A DNA stretch of 64,000 nucleotides. Source: an uncultured Methanosarcinaceae archaeon (GTDB lineage Archaea; Halobacteriota; Methanosarcinia; Methanosarcinales; Methanosarcinaceae). Made by a program: the position numbers and the translations under genes. The stretch spans positions 288,001-352,000 of the forward strand of contig CAWJYV010000010.1 of the NCBI GenBank assembly GCA_963847185.1, written 5' to 3'. Below the pieces are notes generated by a model. It worked only from the letters and a program-made list of their open reading frames with translations. It had not been told where the DNA came from and searched no databases. This document shows, piece after piece, positions 42,526-52,893 of the stretch; positions within the stretch are counted from its first letter, which is position 1, and each line of letters begins with the position of its first letter.

Positions 42526-42716
42526 CAGTTACTATTTAGGCATACTCCTTAATAAATTTAAAGAATATGTTATGATAAAAATAATAATAAAGACTTAAAA
42601 AAGGCAAATTTAGGCAGAAATCCTTATTTGAAAATATTAAAACTCAGAAAGAATACATATAAGGTTAGCCAGAAAGGGCAAAGTTATCTACATTTTTTAA
42701 TTAGATTTTAGGAAAA

Positions 42717-42740
42717 ACCGGTCGTGTCTGCACGACCGGT
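42717..42740 (-). terminator. Hairpin terminator after the ThyX-like gene
   Basis: ACCGGTCGTG-TCTG-CACGACCGGT, followed by a T-run on the minus strand. Confidence 0.65.
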
Positions 42741-42804
42741 GAGAGCCTGGGGTTCCAGGATCAATTGATTTCCAATTAGGGGCTATGAAAAGAATTTTCC
42801 CAAT

Positions 42805-43449
42805 TTAATCTTTCTTCTCCGCACAGATGAGTTCTTCAGCATATGGCAGAGTCTCTTTCATCCAGGTGCAGAAATCTCTCCACTCATCGAGCTTGTGGGA
42901 ACGGCGCTGAAAGTAAATATTCCGGAGTTCGGCATAGTTTGTTATGACTGTCCGTTTCTGCAGGTAAGCGCTGGGGAGGTCCTGGACAAGTTCCCTAAAG
43001 ATTGCTTTCCGGCATGCATTGTCTTCCTCGCTGTCTCCTTCGCAGGATTTGTAGGCTTTAATGAGATCATTGAGATGCTTTATCTGGTCACTTCTGTAAG
43101 GTGTCAGTGTGTCATAAGAGAAGTCGTGAGGAGCCAGATCCCGGCTGGTCAGCTTATGCATTGTAGAGGTTGAATTCTTCTCAGTGAATTTGTAAGTATC
43201 AAACTCCTTCCACCAGTAGAGAGGAGCATTAAGATCAAAACACACCGTAATGAACCTTAAAAACTTGCCGTGTTCATTTCCTGCAAGGGTCAGGCGCTGG
43301 GCCAGATTCAGGTCCTTTTCTCCAAGTTTGCAGTTCCCTGCTTGATCCGGTTCACTGCTGTCCATCAAATGCCAGGAGTTCATAGGGTTCCGCATACCAA
43401 GGATAGCGTAGTAAATATTGTACGTGCCGTGTAATTTCATTTCAATCAT
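42805..43449 (-). CDS. Divergent ThyX/Thy1-like protein
   Basis: GMRNPMNSW, EHGKFLR, APLYWWKEFDTYK, NSTSTMH, LPSAYLQKRT..NYAELRNIYFQRRSHKLDEWRDFC. Confidence 0.7.
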   Translation of the reverse strand: MIEMKLHGTYNIYYAILGMRNPMNSWHLMDSSEPDQAGNCKLGEKDLNLAQRLTLAGNEHGKFLRFITVCFDLNAPLYWWKEFDTYKFTEKNSTSTMHKLTSRDLAPHDFSYDTLTPYRSDQIKHLNDLIKAYKSCEGDSEEDNACRKAIFRELVQDLPSAYLQKRTVITNYAELRNIYFQRRSHKLDEWRDFCTWMKETLPYAEELICAEKKD

Positions 43450-43936
43450 AAAAGCGCCTCTTAAGCCCGTGTGTATAAATAATTTATAAATCTGTTTGTA
43501 TCGCGAGTTGTAAACCTGTTCATGTAGATAACTTAACTCATTTTAAATATTTGTTGCCCGGAATATTTTCCTTTTTATTTTGAGTTTAACCTTTACATAG
43601 AATATCATCTGGAATACTCTGAAAACCCATCAGGGTACAAAAGTCTAAACTTAGTCGAGTTAAGTCTGAATTAAGTTTGAATAGGCACATTAACTTCTAT
43701 TTCTGAGGGTAAATTATTTATGAAAATGGCCACCCTCTTAACCCATGATTTATCCTTTTAAGTATGATATGTCGGCAAGTTCCGGTTTTTTCCGTCTTAC
43801 CATCAGTGGCAGCACCATATATTTTCAATACGATACTGTTAACTTGAATAAGCTTCCAATTTCATATGGAAAACAACCAGACATTTACCTTTAACCTATA
43901 TTTAAACTGGGAAATCAAACAAAACGCTGACATAGA

Positions 43937-44747
43937 ATGAGTCCTGCAGAGCCCCTTTATATTGGAATTCTTATTCTCACAGGCACTTTTACAGGCATTA
44001 TTTCAGGATTTCTGGGCATAGGAGGAGGATTTATTATGACTCCTGTCCAGTACTGGCTTTTGCAGGAAACAGGACTGGAGCCTGACCTGGCTATAAGGGT
44101 TGCTCTCGGGACAAGCCTTTTTGTAGTGTTGCTAAATGCCACAAGTGCCACTTTAAAGTATCAGCAAAAAAGAGCAGTCCTCTGGAGGCAGGCAACAATT
44201 ATGGGAGTTTTCGGGCTGATTTCCAGCTTAATAGGAGCGGAAGTCTCATCCCGCCTTTCGGCCTCGACACTAAGCACTATTTTTGGATTTGTTGTCATCC
44301 TTGGAGCGCTCAAGACTTATATGATATCTTCTGAGGTCGAAAAAAATAAAATCAGCTCCAGCCCGGTACCTTATATTCTTGTCGGCATTTCTATAGGCTT
44401 TTTTTCAGGTCTTCTCGGGATAGGGGGAGGAGTACTTGGGATTCCACTCATGCTGATTTTTCTGCATTTTGATCTGCGAAAAGCCATAGGAACCTCGGTT
44501 GCCGTAATAATTTTCACTTCTTGGAGGATCTATAGGTTATATTATTAATGGCTGGGGACAGCCAGGTCTCCCTCCTTATTCTCTAGGATATATCAATCTC
44601 GTTGACTGGATTTTGCTTGCAGTTCCAGGGTTCCTTGCGGCGAGAAAAGGAGCGGAAATTGCCTATCTGGTAAACCCAGAACATTTGAAACATCTTTTTG
44701 TACTGATGATGATCTATGTAGGGATAGAAATGATAGGAATTACTTGA
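43937..44747 (+). pseudogene. TauE/SafE sulfite-exporter family protein, frameshift near 44520
   Basis: Two GFLGIGGG/GLLGIGGG motifs and AIGTS. Continues GGSIGYIINGW...YSLGYINL in another frame to TGA 44747. Confidence 0.85.
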
Positions 44748-44862
44748 AGACCGTAGATAGGAATTATTTGAAGATAGGAAAAGAAAAAATTTTGAATAGA
44801 TACTGAATTTTTCATTGGGAGAGGGAGATTTCAGAAAGTATGAAGTGGGAATTCAGTCCGCA

Positions 44863-46032
44863 TCAGGCGCTTTCAATAGCTTTTACAGGGTCGAGTTTTG
44901 AGGCTTTTTTTGCAGGGTAGATACCTGAGATTATGTTGATTATGAAAGCAAAGATAGCAGCATACACAAAATTAAGAGCTTCGACTTTAAGAGGGAGGGT
45001 CTGAAGCCCGAAATACATCTCCTGGGGAACCTCGATTCTATAGCTCTGCAGGGCGACAGTTGTAATGTATCCGAGAACAGTCCCAAGCACCAGCCCAATG
45101 GCTCCAAGGAGTACGGACTGAAAGAGAAAAATCATCATTATACTTTTTTTAGAAGCTCCCATGGCTTTTAAGATCCCTATCTCTCTGGTCCGCTGGGCAA
45201 CAATGGTGATAAGAGTATTTGCAATCCCGAAGCCTGCAATTCCGTAAATCATAATGTAAAAAAGGTTTATAAAGATCTTCTGTGTGTTTAAAAGGTCAAG
45301 GATATCGGCATTTTTTTCGGCCCAGCTGACTGCATCAAGCCCTGTCTCATTCTCAATCGAGTGTGCAATAAGATCTGCCTGGTAAGGGTCTATAACCCTG
45401 ACCCCTATTGTACTCACAACACCGGGCTCATTGAAAAATTCCTGCACTGAATCAAGTCTTGCATAGGCTGTAACCTCATCTGCTGCAGTTCCTGTGTGAA
45501 TCAGACCTATAACCTTAAAAGAAGTTGTTTTTGAGCCCGGAAACACTGCATCTACCCGGTCTCCAGGCTGAACCTCAAGATTCTCTGCAAGCTTGTCTCC
45601 CAGCAAAATTCCGTGCCTTGTATGAAGAAGAGATAAGAAGTTTCCTTCTACCACGTCCTCACTTACTCTCATGACCGTATTCTCAGCTTCAGGCTCTATA
45701 CCCTGAAGAGAAACCCCTTCAGCATTATCTCTATACTCAAGCGCGGCCTGACCCATATATTTGGGAGATACGGCAAGAACACCCTCATTTTCCGCAATCC
45801 TGGCTGAGTTAATCCTGTAAAGATGTATGAACTCTTCTTTTTCATTCTGGGGACTGACAACAATATGAGGATTGTTTTCAATACTTGAGGTTATAAGCTC
45901 CTCCTGAAAACCTGAGAGCATAGCCATCATCACCGTAATTACAGCTACAGCAAGGGCAACTGCAAGTATAGCAAAAAAGGTCTGTCTTCTTCTGGAAAAA
46001 ACTTGCCTCAAAGCAATTTTCAGTTCATACAT
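44863..46032 (-). CDS. LolE/MacB(FtsX)-type ABC permease
   Basis: QRTREIGILKAMGA, YPAKKASKLDPVKA. Confidence 0.92.
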   Translation of the reverse strand: MYELKIALRQVFSRRRQTFFAILAVALAVAVITVMMAMLSGFQEELITSSIENNPHIVVSPQNEKEEFIHLYRINSARIAENEGVLAVSPKYMGQAALEYRDNAEGVSLQGIEPEAENTVMRVSEDVVEGNFLSLLHTRHGILLGDKLAENLEVQPGDRVDAVFPGSKTTSFKVIGLIHTGTAADEVTAYARLDSVQEFFNEPGVVSTIGVRVIDPYQADLIAHSIENETGLDAVSWAEKNADILDLLNTQKIFINLFYIMIYGIAGFGIANTLITIVAQRTREIGILKAMGASKKSIMMIFLFQSVLLGAIGLVLGTVLGYITTVALQSYRIEVPQEMYFGLQTLPLKVEALNFVYAAIFAFIINIISGIYPAKKASKLDPVKAIESA

Positions 46033-46669
46033 TAAGACAAACTCCGTGCCTGACAGATTAACAGGATTTTCAGTAAGGTTGAGCCAGATTAAGCCCTATT
46101 GGATTGGATTAAGCCCTATTGAATCGGATTAAGTCAATTAAAGTCAAATTAACCAAAATAAATCAGATTAAGTCAGATAAGTTAGGGAAATTATCGCAAA
46201 AGGCTCTATAGCCGTAAAGATCCCGAAATGCAGAAAATATACCATATTGATCTTGTTCTATATTTTTCGTGCTTTCTGTCGTCCCTCTCACATACAAAAC
46301 TGATGAAAGCTCATATTATTTATTTTTATTTCATTCTTGTTGGGCTGATTATAAATCATTTTCTAATGCTGGAAAACGAATTCAAAACAAAATGGAAAAA
46401 ATGGGATAAATAGCGAATAAATGAGAAGGAAAAACATGGTAAAAAAGCCGAATAAAAAGAAAGATAAAAAAGAAAAAGAGAGAAAAAAAGGACAAAGAGG
46501 AAAAGAGAAGAAAGGATGAAAGGAGGAATGAAGAGAAAAAGAGGATAAAAAGAAGAAAAAAGAGAATAAATAGAATAAAATGTGGAAAAAAGAGATGAAG
46601 GAAAAGGAAAAAGAGAAAAAATAGGATAAAAGAGAGAAAAAGAAAAAAAGAGTAACAGTGAAAAAGAGG

Positions 46670-47956
46670 TTATAGCTGCACGTAATGCGCAACTTCACCA
46701 AGATCTTCTTCTATTCTGAGGAGCTGATTGTATTTTGCAGTCCTTTCGCCACGGGCCGGAGCTCCGGTCTTGATCATTTCTGCTCCGATGGCTACTGAGA
46801 GATCCGAGATTGTAGTGTCTTCGGTTTCAGCGGAACGGTGGCTTACAATTACAGTATAGCCGTTTCTGGAGGCCATGCTTGCAGCATCAAAGGCTTCAGA
46901 AAGTGATCCTATCTGGTTAACCTTCAAAAGGAGAGCGTTTGCAGCTCCCATATCAACACCTTTTGAGAGCCTCTCGATGTTAGTAACAAAAAGATCATCA
47001 CCAACAATGATTGTATCCCAGAGTTCATTGGTAAGAGCTTCAAAGTCCTCAAAAGCTTCCTCATAGAAAGGATCTTCAATAGAAAGAATAGGGTAGGAGT
47101 TCACAAGTTCGACGTAGTAGTCCAGCAGTTCTGGAGCAGAAAGTTTCTTTCCGTCAATTGAGTAGAATTCATCCTCATAGAACTCGGAAGCTGCAGCATC
47201 AAGCCCGATTGTAACTTCGGATTCGGTGTAGCCAGCCTCTTCAATTGCCTGCACAAGAGCATCAAGGGCTTCTGTGGACTCACTCATTTTTGGAGCATAT
47301 CCTCCTTCATAACCTACATTTATGGAAGATCTGCCATATTTTTTTTCGAGGAATTTACCAAGGGTGTGGTAGATTTCTGCTCCCATCTGGATAGCTTCAT
47401 AAAAAGTTTCTGCACCTTTGGGTTGAATCATAAATTCCTGAATCGCAAGCTCGTTGCCTGCATGCTTACCCCCGTTAAGAACATTCATTGTGGGTACTGG
47501 CAGGGTAAAAGCATTTGAGCCCCCAAAATAGCGGTATAGAGGAATGTTGAGAGAATCTGCGGCTGCTTTTGCGACAGCCATGGATACACCAAGAATTGAA
47601 TTTGCTCCAAGGTTTGATTTATTTTCGGTCTCGTCGAGTTCTATCATCAATTCATCGATTTCCCGCTGATTTCGCACATCAAGCCCAAGCAATTCTTTCT
47701 GGATGATGGTGTTAACATTTTTTACTGCAGTGAGAACTCCTTTTCCTCCATATCTGTTAGGGTCTGCATCTCGCAGTTCGAGAGCTTCATTAGTGCCAGT
47801 GGAAGCCCCTGAAGGAACGCTGGCTCTGCCAAATCCCTTCGGTGTAAACACATCAACTTCAATTGTTGGATTTCCCCTGGAATCCAGGATCTCCCGAGCA
47901 TGTATTTTTTGTATCTTATATTCTCCAGAATCCTGCTGTAGACCGATATACGACAT
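46670..47956 (-). CDS. eno: Enolase
   Basis: REILDSRGNPT, VPSGASTG, LLKVNQIG, SHRSAETED, IKTGAPARGERTAKYNQL. Confidence 0.98.
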   Translation of the reverse strand: MSYIGLQQDSGEYKIQKIHAREILDSRGNPTIEVDVFTPKGFGRASVPSGASTGTNEALELRDADPNRYGGKGVLTAVKNVNTIIQKELLGLDVRNQREIDELMIELDETENKSNLGANSILGVSMAVAKAAADSLNIPLYRYFGGSNAFTLPVPTMNVLNGGKHAGNELAIQEFMIQPKGAETFYEAIQMGAEIYHTLGKFLEKKYGRSSINVGYEGGYAPKMSESTEALDALVQAIEEAGYTESEVTIGLDAAASEFYEDEFYSIDGKKLSAPELLDYYVELVNSYPILSIEDPFYEEAFEDFEALTNELWDTIIVGDDLFVTNIERLSKGVDMGAANALLLKVNQIGSLSEAFDAASMASRNGYTVIVSHRSAETEDTTISDLSVAIGAEMIKTGAPARGERTAKYNQLLRIEEDLGEVAHYVQL

Positions 47957-48495
47957 CGTTTCACCCTTTATAGTTCTGATCTATTTATACATATATTCTG
48001 TTATTTGAAGCTTAACTTTAACTTACCCGTTAGATGTCCGAATTCTATTTAATTCTTTATCCGGTTAGTATAAATAATTTTAATTAAGTTCTAAACTTGC
48101 TTTTCGATAGGAACTCAGTTTAACATTTGGAGATTTCTAAATTCAAGTTCATATAAAAACAGAAACATTTTTGCCTCACAAATCCAGCACCCAGCACTGT
48201 GTAAATTCAGGAACTATCGTGATTCAGAGAGTTTAATATCCGTTTCCGTTTATTATAATCCGTATTTCAGGAATGTCTATTTCCTGTAAACACTAGCTTT
48301 AAAGGTTTTGGTCAGGATACAAGATAATTTTTTTTTCAGAAGTTTCTTACTACTAACTTTTATACAAAAAATCAATCTAATAAAAACTTTGAAGAGGTAG
48401 ATAGCTTTTTTGCACCTTTCTAATACTCAATTTATTTAACAAAATAATTATTATCTACATAAAATATATAAACATGAAAGTATTATTCATTCTCG

Positions 48496-48885
48496 ATGAC
48501 TGACGATTCTCCAGTTACTTTGACCGAAAAAGAGTATTCAGTAATTGATATGCTCCAGAGCCTTGGACTCCCGAGGACGGAAGCCACTGCGATCGTATGT
48601 CTGAAAGATTGCAGAGAACTAAGATCCCTTCACATAGAACTTGTTTCAGGACTCAGACAACCGGAAGTAAGTGTAGCAATGCGCCCCCTGAGGGATAGGG
48701 GCTGGGTGGATGAAAGATCCGAAAAAAAGAATAAAGGAAAAGGCAGACCAGTAAAATATTACCAGTTGACAGTACCCTTCCCGCAAATCGTGGTAACTCT
48801 TGAAGATGAATTTATGAAAAGCAATACAGAGAAAATGAGTGCTCTCAAAAGGCTCCGAGAACTGGAGATTTTATTGCAGAACTGA
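48496..48885 (+). CDS. Archaeal wHTH transcriptional regulator
   Basis: IELVSGLRQPEVSVAM..LRDRGWV...KGKGRPVKYYQL. Confidence 0.85.
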   Translation: MTDDSPVTLTEKEYSVIDMLQSLGLPRTEATAIVCLKDCRELRSLHIELVSGLRQPEVSVAMRPLRDRGWVDERSEKKNKGKGRPVKYYQLTVPFPQIVVTLEDEFMKSNTEKMSALKRLRELEILLQN

Positions 48886-49072
48886 TCTTAATGCAGAACT
48901 GAACTTAAGGAGAATTTTCAGACATCTTTTCTGCCTGCATTCTCGGTAATTTCAGTGTTCTCAATATTTCATTCAGCGTTCTCAGTATTTCAATTCTCAG
49001 TATTTCAATTATTTATAGTTGTACCTGATTTTTGAGCACTAATGAATTGCAGTTGTTTATTTCGGCTAGATT

Positions 49073-49529
49073 TCATTCAAGGTCTGGAATCTTTTCGAAA
49101 TTAACAGGAGCAAATCCTTGCTCCAAATTCATAACCCTTCTGGCAGTGATCCCTTCCAGCTCGAAAATAAATGCCTCAACTACCATAAAGACTTCACTTT
49201 CACCCCTCAAACAGCCCACTTTTATGTTGTCTTCACGACATGCTCCTGCATGCAGGTGGATCTTTGGCTTCCCATCCTCCTGGAAAATATTTCCCTACTC
49301 CGAGAATCTCATGGGCCTCATTAAAGCCAAACCAGACAGGCTCCGGAGGTCTTATGCTTTCTTTAGGGCCTGTAACAAGTTTCCCTTCTTTTAACGCGCC
49401 TAGCAGCATAAAGACAGCCGATTCAATCTTTTCCAGCTCTGCAAGTTTGATAAATTCCAGAATAAGGTCATCTCCATGGTCAATTCTGACAGTAAAGACC
49501 CTACCTATTCTTCCTTTTGCATACTCCAT
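49073..49529 (-). pseudogene. PPC-domain (DUF296) protein, +1 frameshift near 49288
   Basis: GRIGRVFTVRIDHGDD, HEILGVG, then NIFQEDGKPKIHLHA...GCLRG..VFMVVEAFIFEL in another frame. Confidence 0.85.
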
Positions 49530-49538
49530 GTTTTTTCC

Positions 49539-50222
49539 TCACTGCTCTATGATTTTTCCGTCCACAAGCCTGATAATTCGATCAGCTTTTGAGGCTAGCT
49601 CTTCGTTATGTGTAACCACTATAAAAGTTTGATTATACTCTTTATTCAGCCGCCTGAGAAGCTCATAGATCAGATCACCTGTTTTAGTATCAAGATTGCC
49701 TGTAGGCTCGTCTCCAAGCACGATTGCAGGGGAGCAGCTGAGTGCCCTTGCTACTGCAACTCTCTGGTTCTGCCCTCCTGAAAGTTCACCAGGTCTATGA
49801 TCCATCCGATCTTTAAGTCCTACCTCCTTCAGGAGACTTCTGGCAATTTCATCTGCTTCTTTCCTGTTTTTTCCAGCTATCAGGAGTGGCATTATCACGT
49901 TTTCGAGGGCTGTGAAATCAGGAAGCAGATGGTGATACTGGAAGACAAATCCAAGCATTCTGTTCCTCATCTCGGAACGTTCTTTATCCGACATTTTCGT
50001 AACATCATTCCCATCAATAAGGAGAGTGCCTGAACTTGGAGTGTCCAGCAAGCCTATGAGGTGCATAAGTGTGCTTTTGCCTGAACCGGACGGCCCTACA
50101 ATTGCCACGAAATCCCCCTTTTTAATTTTCAAATTCGCATTGTCGAGTGCACGAAATTCTATTCCGTTTTTGTAGATTTTTGTCAGGTTCTTAAGCTCGA
50201 TAATTGGGCTTTTTTCTGTCAT
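49539..50222 (-). CDS. LolD-like ABC ATP-binding protein
   Basis: GPSGSGKS, GFVFQYHHLL, LSGGQNQRVA, DEPTGNLD. Confidence 0.94.
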   Translation of the reverse strand: MTEKSPIIELKNLTKIYKNGIEFRALDNANLKIKKGDFVAIVGPSGSGKSTLMHLIGLLDTPSSGTLLIDGNDVTKMSDKERSEMRNRMLGFVFQYHHLLPDFTALENVIMPLLIAGKNRKEADEIARSLLKEVGLKDRMDHRPGELSGGQNQRVAVARALSCSPAIVLGDEPTGNLDTKTGDLIYELLRRLNKEYNQTFIVVTHNEELASKADRIIRLVDGKIIEQ

Positions 50223-50359
50223 GCTTTTCCTGCGCCTTCAAAAAATGTATTTAAAAATAGAGGGGCTCTTAAGTAAAGAGCTTTTGGGAAGATAAAAGCC
50301 CTGCCGAATTCAGGTTTCAGGGCATAATCTTTTCTTTTCTGTATAGAAATCCCAGATTC

Positions 50360-51241
50360 TCATTCCAGTTCTTTTCTGCTTATAAAATAAGCTGCCGTAA
50401 GAATTAAAACACAGCCCAGAAGGGTAGAGACATAGAGAGGGTTTTTCAGGAGTGTGCAGTCAAAGAAAATTCCTGACACAGGTTCTACAAGGGCAAGAAT
50501 ACTGCCGGTCTGAGCTCTGACTCCTGAGATCCCCTTCAGATAAATAACAGCAGCGAACGTAATAGTGAAACCGAAAACAAGCAGGACATTGAAATTTTCA
50601 AGGAAAGCACTTACTGGAGTTGAAAGTGCAGATGGAAGCAGGAAGAAAAGGCTTATCCCGGTAAGCCAGAAAGTCTGAGTTATTCCTGTATAATCGTGTC
50701 TTAGGTAACGGATCGTTATTATGGTTGCACCGAAAGAAAAACCTGACAGCAGGCCAAAAATAAGGCCTTTCCCAAAATCCAGGCCTGTATCCGCAGTTGT
50801 CAGAATTTCTCCAGGTCTGGCAATTAGTAAGACTCCTGCAATTGCCAGGAAAAGGGGTAGCAGGCTTTTGCTGCTGTTGTGTTCCCCCAGGATCGAGGGA
50901 GCAAGCAGATTGACGTATACAGGGGCTGTATAAAGCAAAAGGACGGCAACGGAAATCCCGCTATATCTGATAGATGAGAAGTAGCATATGCCTGTAATTG
51001 CATTCAGAAGGCCCAACAGTAACAGGTATCTTTTATTCCTCCCTGGCCTTAGCTGTCCAAGCTCTCGACTGAACAGGAGATAGGCAAGGATCATAAAGAA
51101 ACCAAAAAAAAGCCTGGAAAAAAGCACGGATCCAACAGACATATCCTGCACTCTATCCAGAAAAACCCCTATGGTTCCATAGAGTATACTGCCAGTTAAT
51201 ATTTCTGAATAAGGCTTGAAAGAACCTTCCTGTACGGGCAT
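50360..51241 (-). CDS. EamA/DMT family transporter
   Basis: 10 TM helices, LLYTAP, ILALVEPV. Confidence 0.9.
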   Translation of the reverse strand: MPVQEGSFKPYSEILTGSILYGTIGVFLDRVQDMSVGSVLFSRLFFGFFMILAYLLFSRELGQLRPGRNKRYLLLLGLLNAITGICYFSSIRYSGISVAVLLLYTAPVYVNLLAPSILGEHNSSKSLLPLFLAIAGVLLIARPGEILTTADTGLDFGKGLIFGLLSGFSFGATIITIRYLRHDYTGITQTFWLTGISLFFLLPSALSTPVSAFLENFNVLLVFGFTITFAAVIYLKGISGVRAQTGSILALVEPVSGIFFDCTLLKNPLYVSTLLGCVLILTAAYFISRKELE

Positions 51242-51508
51242 GGTCGAGAATTAAAAGACTGAGGATATATATTTTTTTGGACATGGGATAGAACCGTAAA
51301 GAAAAAACACGTTTATTCATAAAATGAAAAAAGACAGAAATTAAGTAAATTACGGGACTAATAAAAAGGTTGAATAGAGGATAAAACAGAGATCAAATCT
51401 AAAGTTGATGTGGATAGAAGACTAAATAAGATAAATTAAAAAATAGGGGGTTGAATTGATAATGAAATGGGGTTGAATAAATAATGGAATTTAGAAAAGA
51501 ACAGGAGT

Positions 51509-52474
51509 TTATTTCTCCTGAACTCTTGAAATTTCTTTTCTTTTAAGGGAAAGCCCGTACCCAAAGCTGACCTTTTCTGGAAAAATAAGCTTTTTTAAGA
51601 ACGCAATATTGTCCAGACTTATTACAAAAGCTGCAGCCAGGATAAAAATAGAGCCAGTAAGCATTCCGCTGTGAATCGGGTTTCCAAGTACTGTATGGTC
51701 AAAAAAGATGCAGGAAACAGGTTCAAGCAAAGTCAGAATACTGCCTGTAATAGCATTTACGCCTGCAACCCCTCTTATGTAAAATACCGCTCCAACACCA
51801 GTAATCAAAACTCCAAAGAGTATGAGAGTATAAAGATTCTCAACAAGAATATGTCCTGGAAGAGAAATCGCAAAAGGTGAGAGGAAGACCAGACTGATTA
51901 CACTCTGCCAGAAGAGCTGGGTAAGACCATTATATTCGTTTCTGAGATAGCGAACTGAAATAATTACTCCACTGCTGAAAAGGCCGCCAGTAAGCCCGAA
52001 AAGTACTCCTTTAAGGTAATTACTGCCAAAATCAAGGTGCTCAAAACCTCCTTCCGGCCTTGTTACGTAGAAGACGCCCATCAGGCCAAGGAAAAGAGCA
52101 AAGATGGTTTTGCTGGTATTTTTTTCCCCGAGCAGGAGAGGTGCGAGAATAGTAAGATAGATAGGATCCGTATAAAGGAGCAGGACAGCTGAAGAGGCTC
52201 CTAAATATCGAATCGCGGAATAATAGGAAAACATTTGCGATACATACAGGATTCCAAGGAGAAGCAAATAATTTTTCTTTCCTTTCAGCGAAAGCTGGCT
52301 TAAGTTTCCTGTAATTGCAAGATAACATAGAATGGCTAAAAGGCCAAAAAGAACCCGATAGAAAACAATTGACCCTACGGACATGTTTCCCAGCCGTTCC
52401 ATGAAGATTCCAACGCTACCATAAATTATGCAGGCGATTAACAACTCTACGTGATGTTTAAAAGTGGCAATCAT
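51509..52474 (-). CDS. EamA/DMT family transporter (tandem paralog)
   Basis: LLYTDP, ILTLLEPV. Clearly similar to 50360..51241. Confidence 0.9.
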   Translation of the reverse strand: MIATFKHHVELLIACIIYGSVGIFMERLGNMSVGSIVFYRVLFGLLAILCYLAITGNLSQLSLKGKKNYLLLLGILYVSQMFSYYSAIRYLGASSAVLLLYTDPIYLTILAPLLLGEKNTSKTIFALFLGLMGVFYVTRPEGGFEHLDFGSNYLKGVLFGLTGGLFSSGVIISVRYLRNEYNGLTQLFWQSVISLVFLSPFAISLPGHILVENLYTLILFGVLITGVGAVFYIRGVAGVNAITGSILTLLEPVSCIFFDHTVLGNPIHSGMLTGSIFILAAAFVISLDNIAFLKKLIFPEKVSFGYGLSLKRKEISRVQEK

Positions 52475-52893
52475 ATTTTATTTGGAAGGTGAAGTATATA
52501 TATATATTTTTAGTAGAATAACACATAATAATGTTGGATAAAAAGTCGATTAATAGGCAACGATCTTAGCTTTAAATTCCAGGTTAAATACCTGAATTCA
52601 ACCCTAAATTCAATATCAATAGACATCAATAAGCCTGGGGATTTAATGGACAAGCAATATATCAATAGTAGATCAGTAACATATCAGTAATAGATAAATG
52701 AGAGGTAACAAAAGATAATAACAGCTAAATGATAATAAATAATAGATAAATATCAGATAAATAACATACATTAAAATAATCACGAGCAAATAATAAAAAA
52801 CAGATAAACAACGTTAAAATAACAAATAAATCACAAATAATAATGTCAAATAACAGATGAATTTTCGATTCTTCATCAATCTTTACCCAAAGT

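Noticed and set aside
46363-46701. 112-aa Phe/Ser-rich ORF
   Set aside because: Artefact of a purine-rich low-complexity intergenic tract (similar tract at ~27950-28040).
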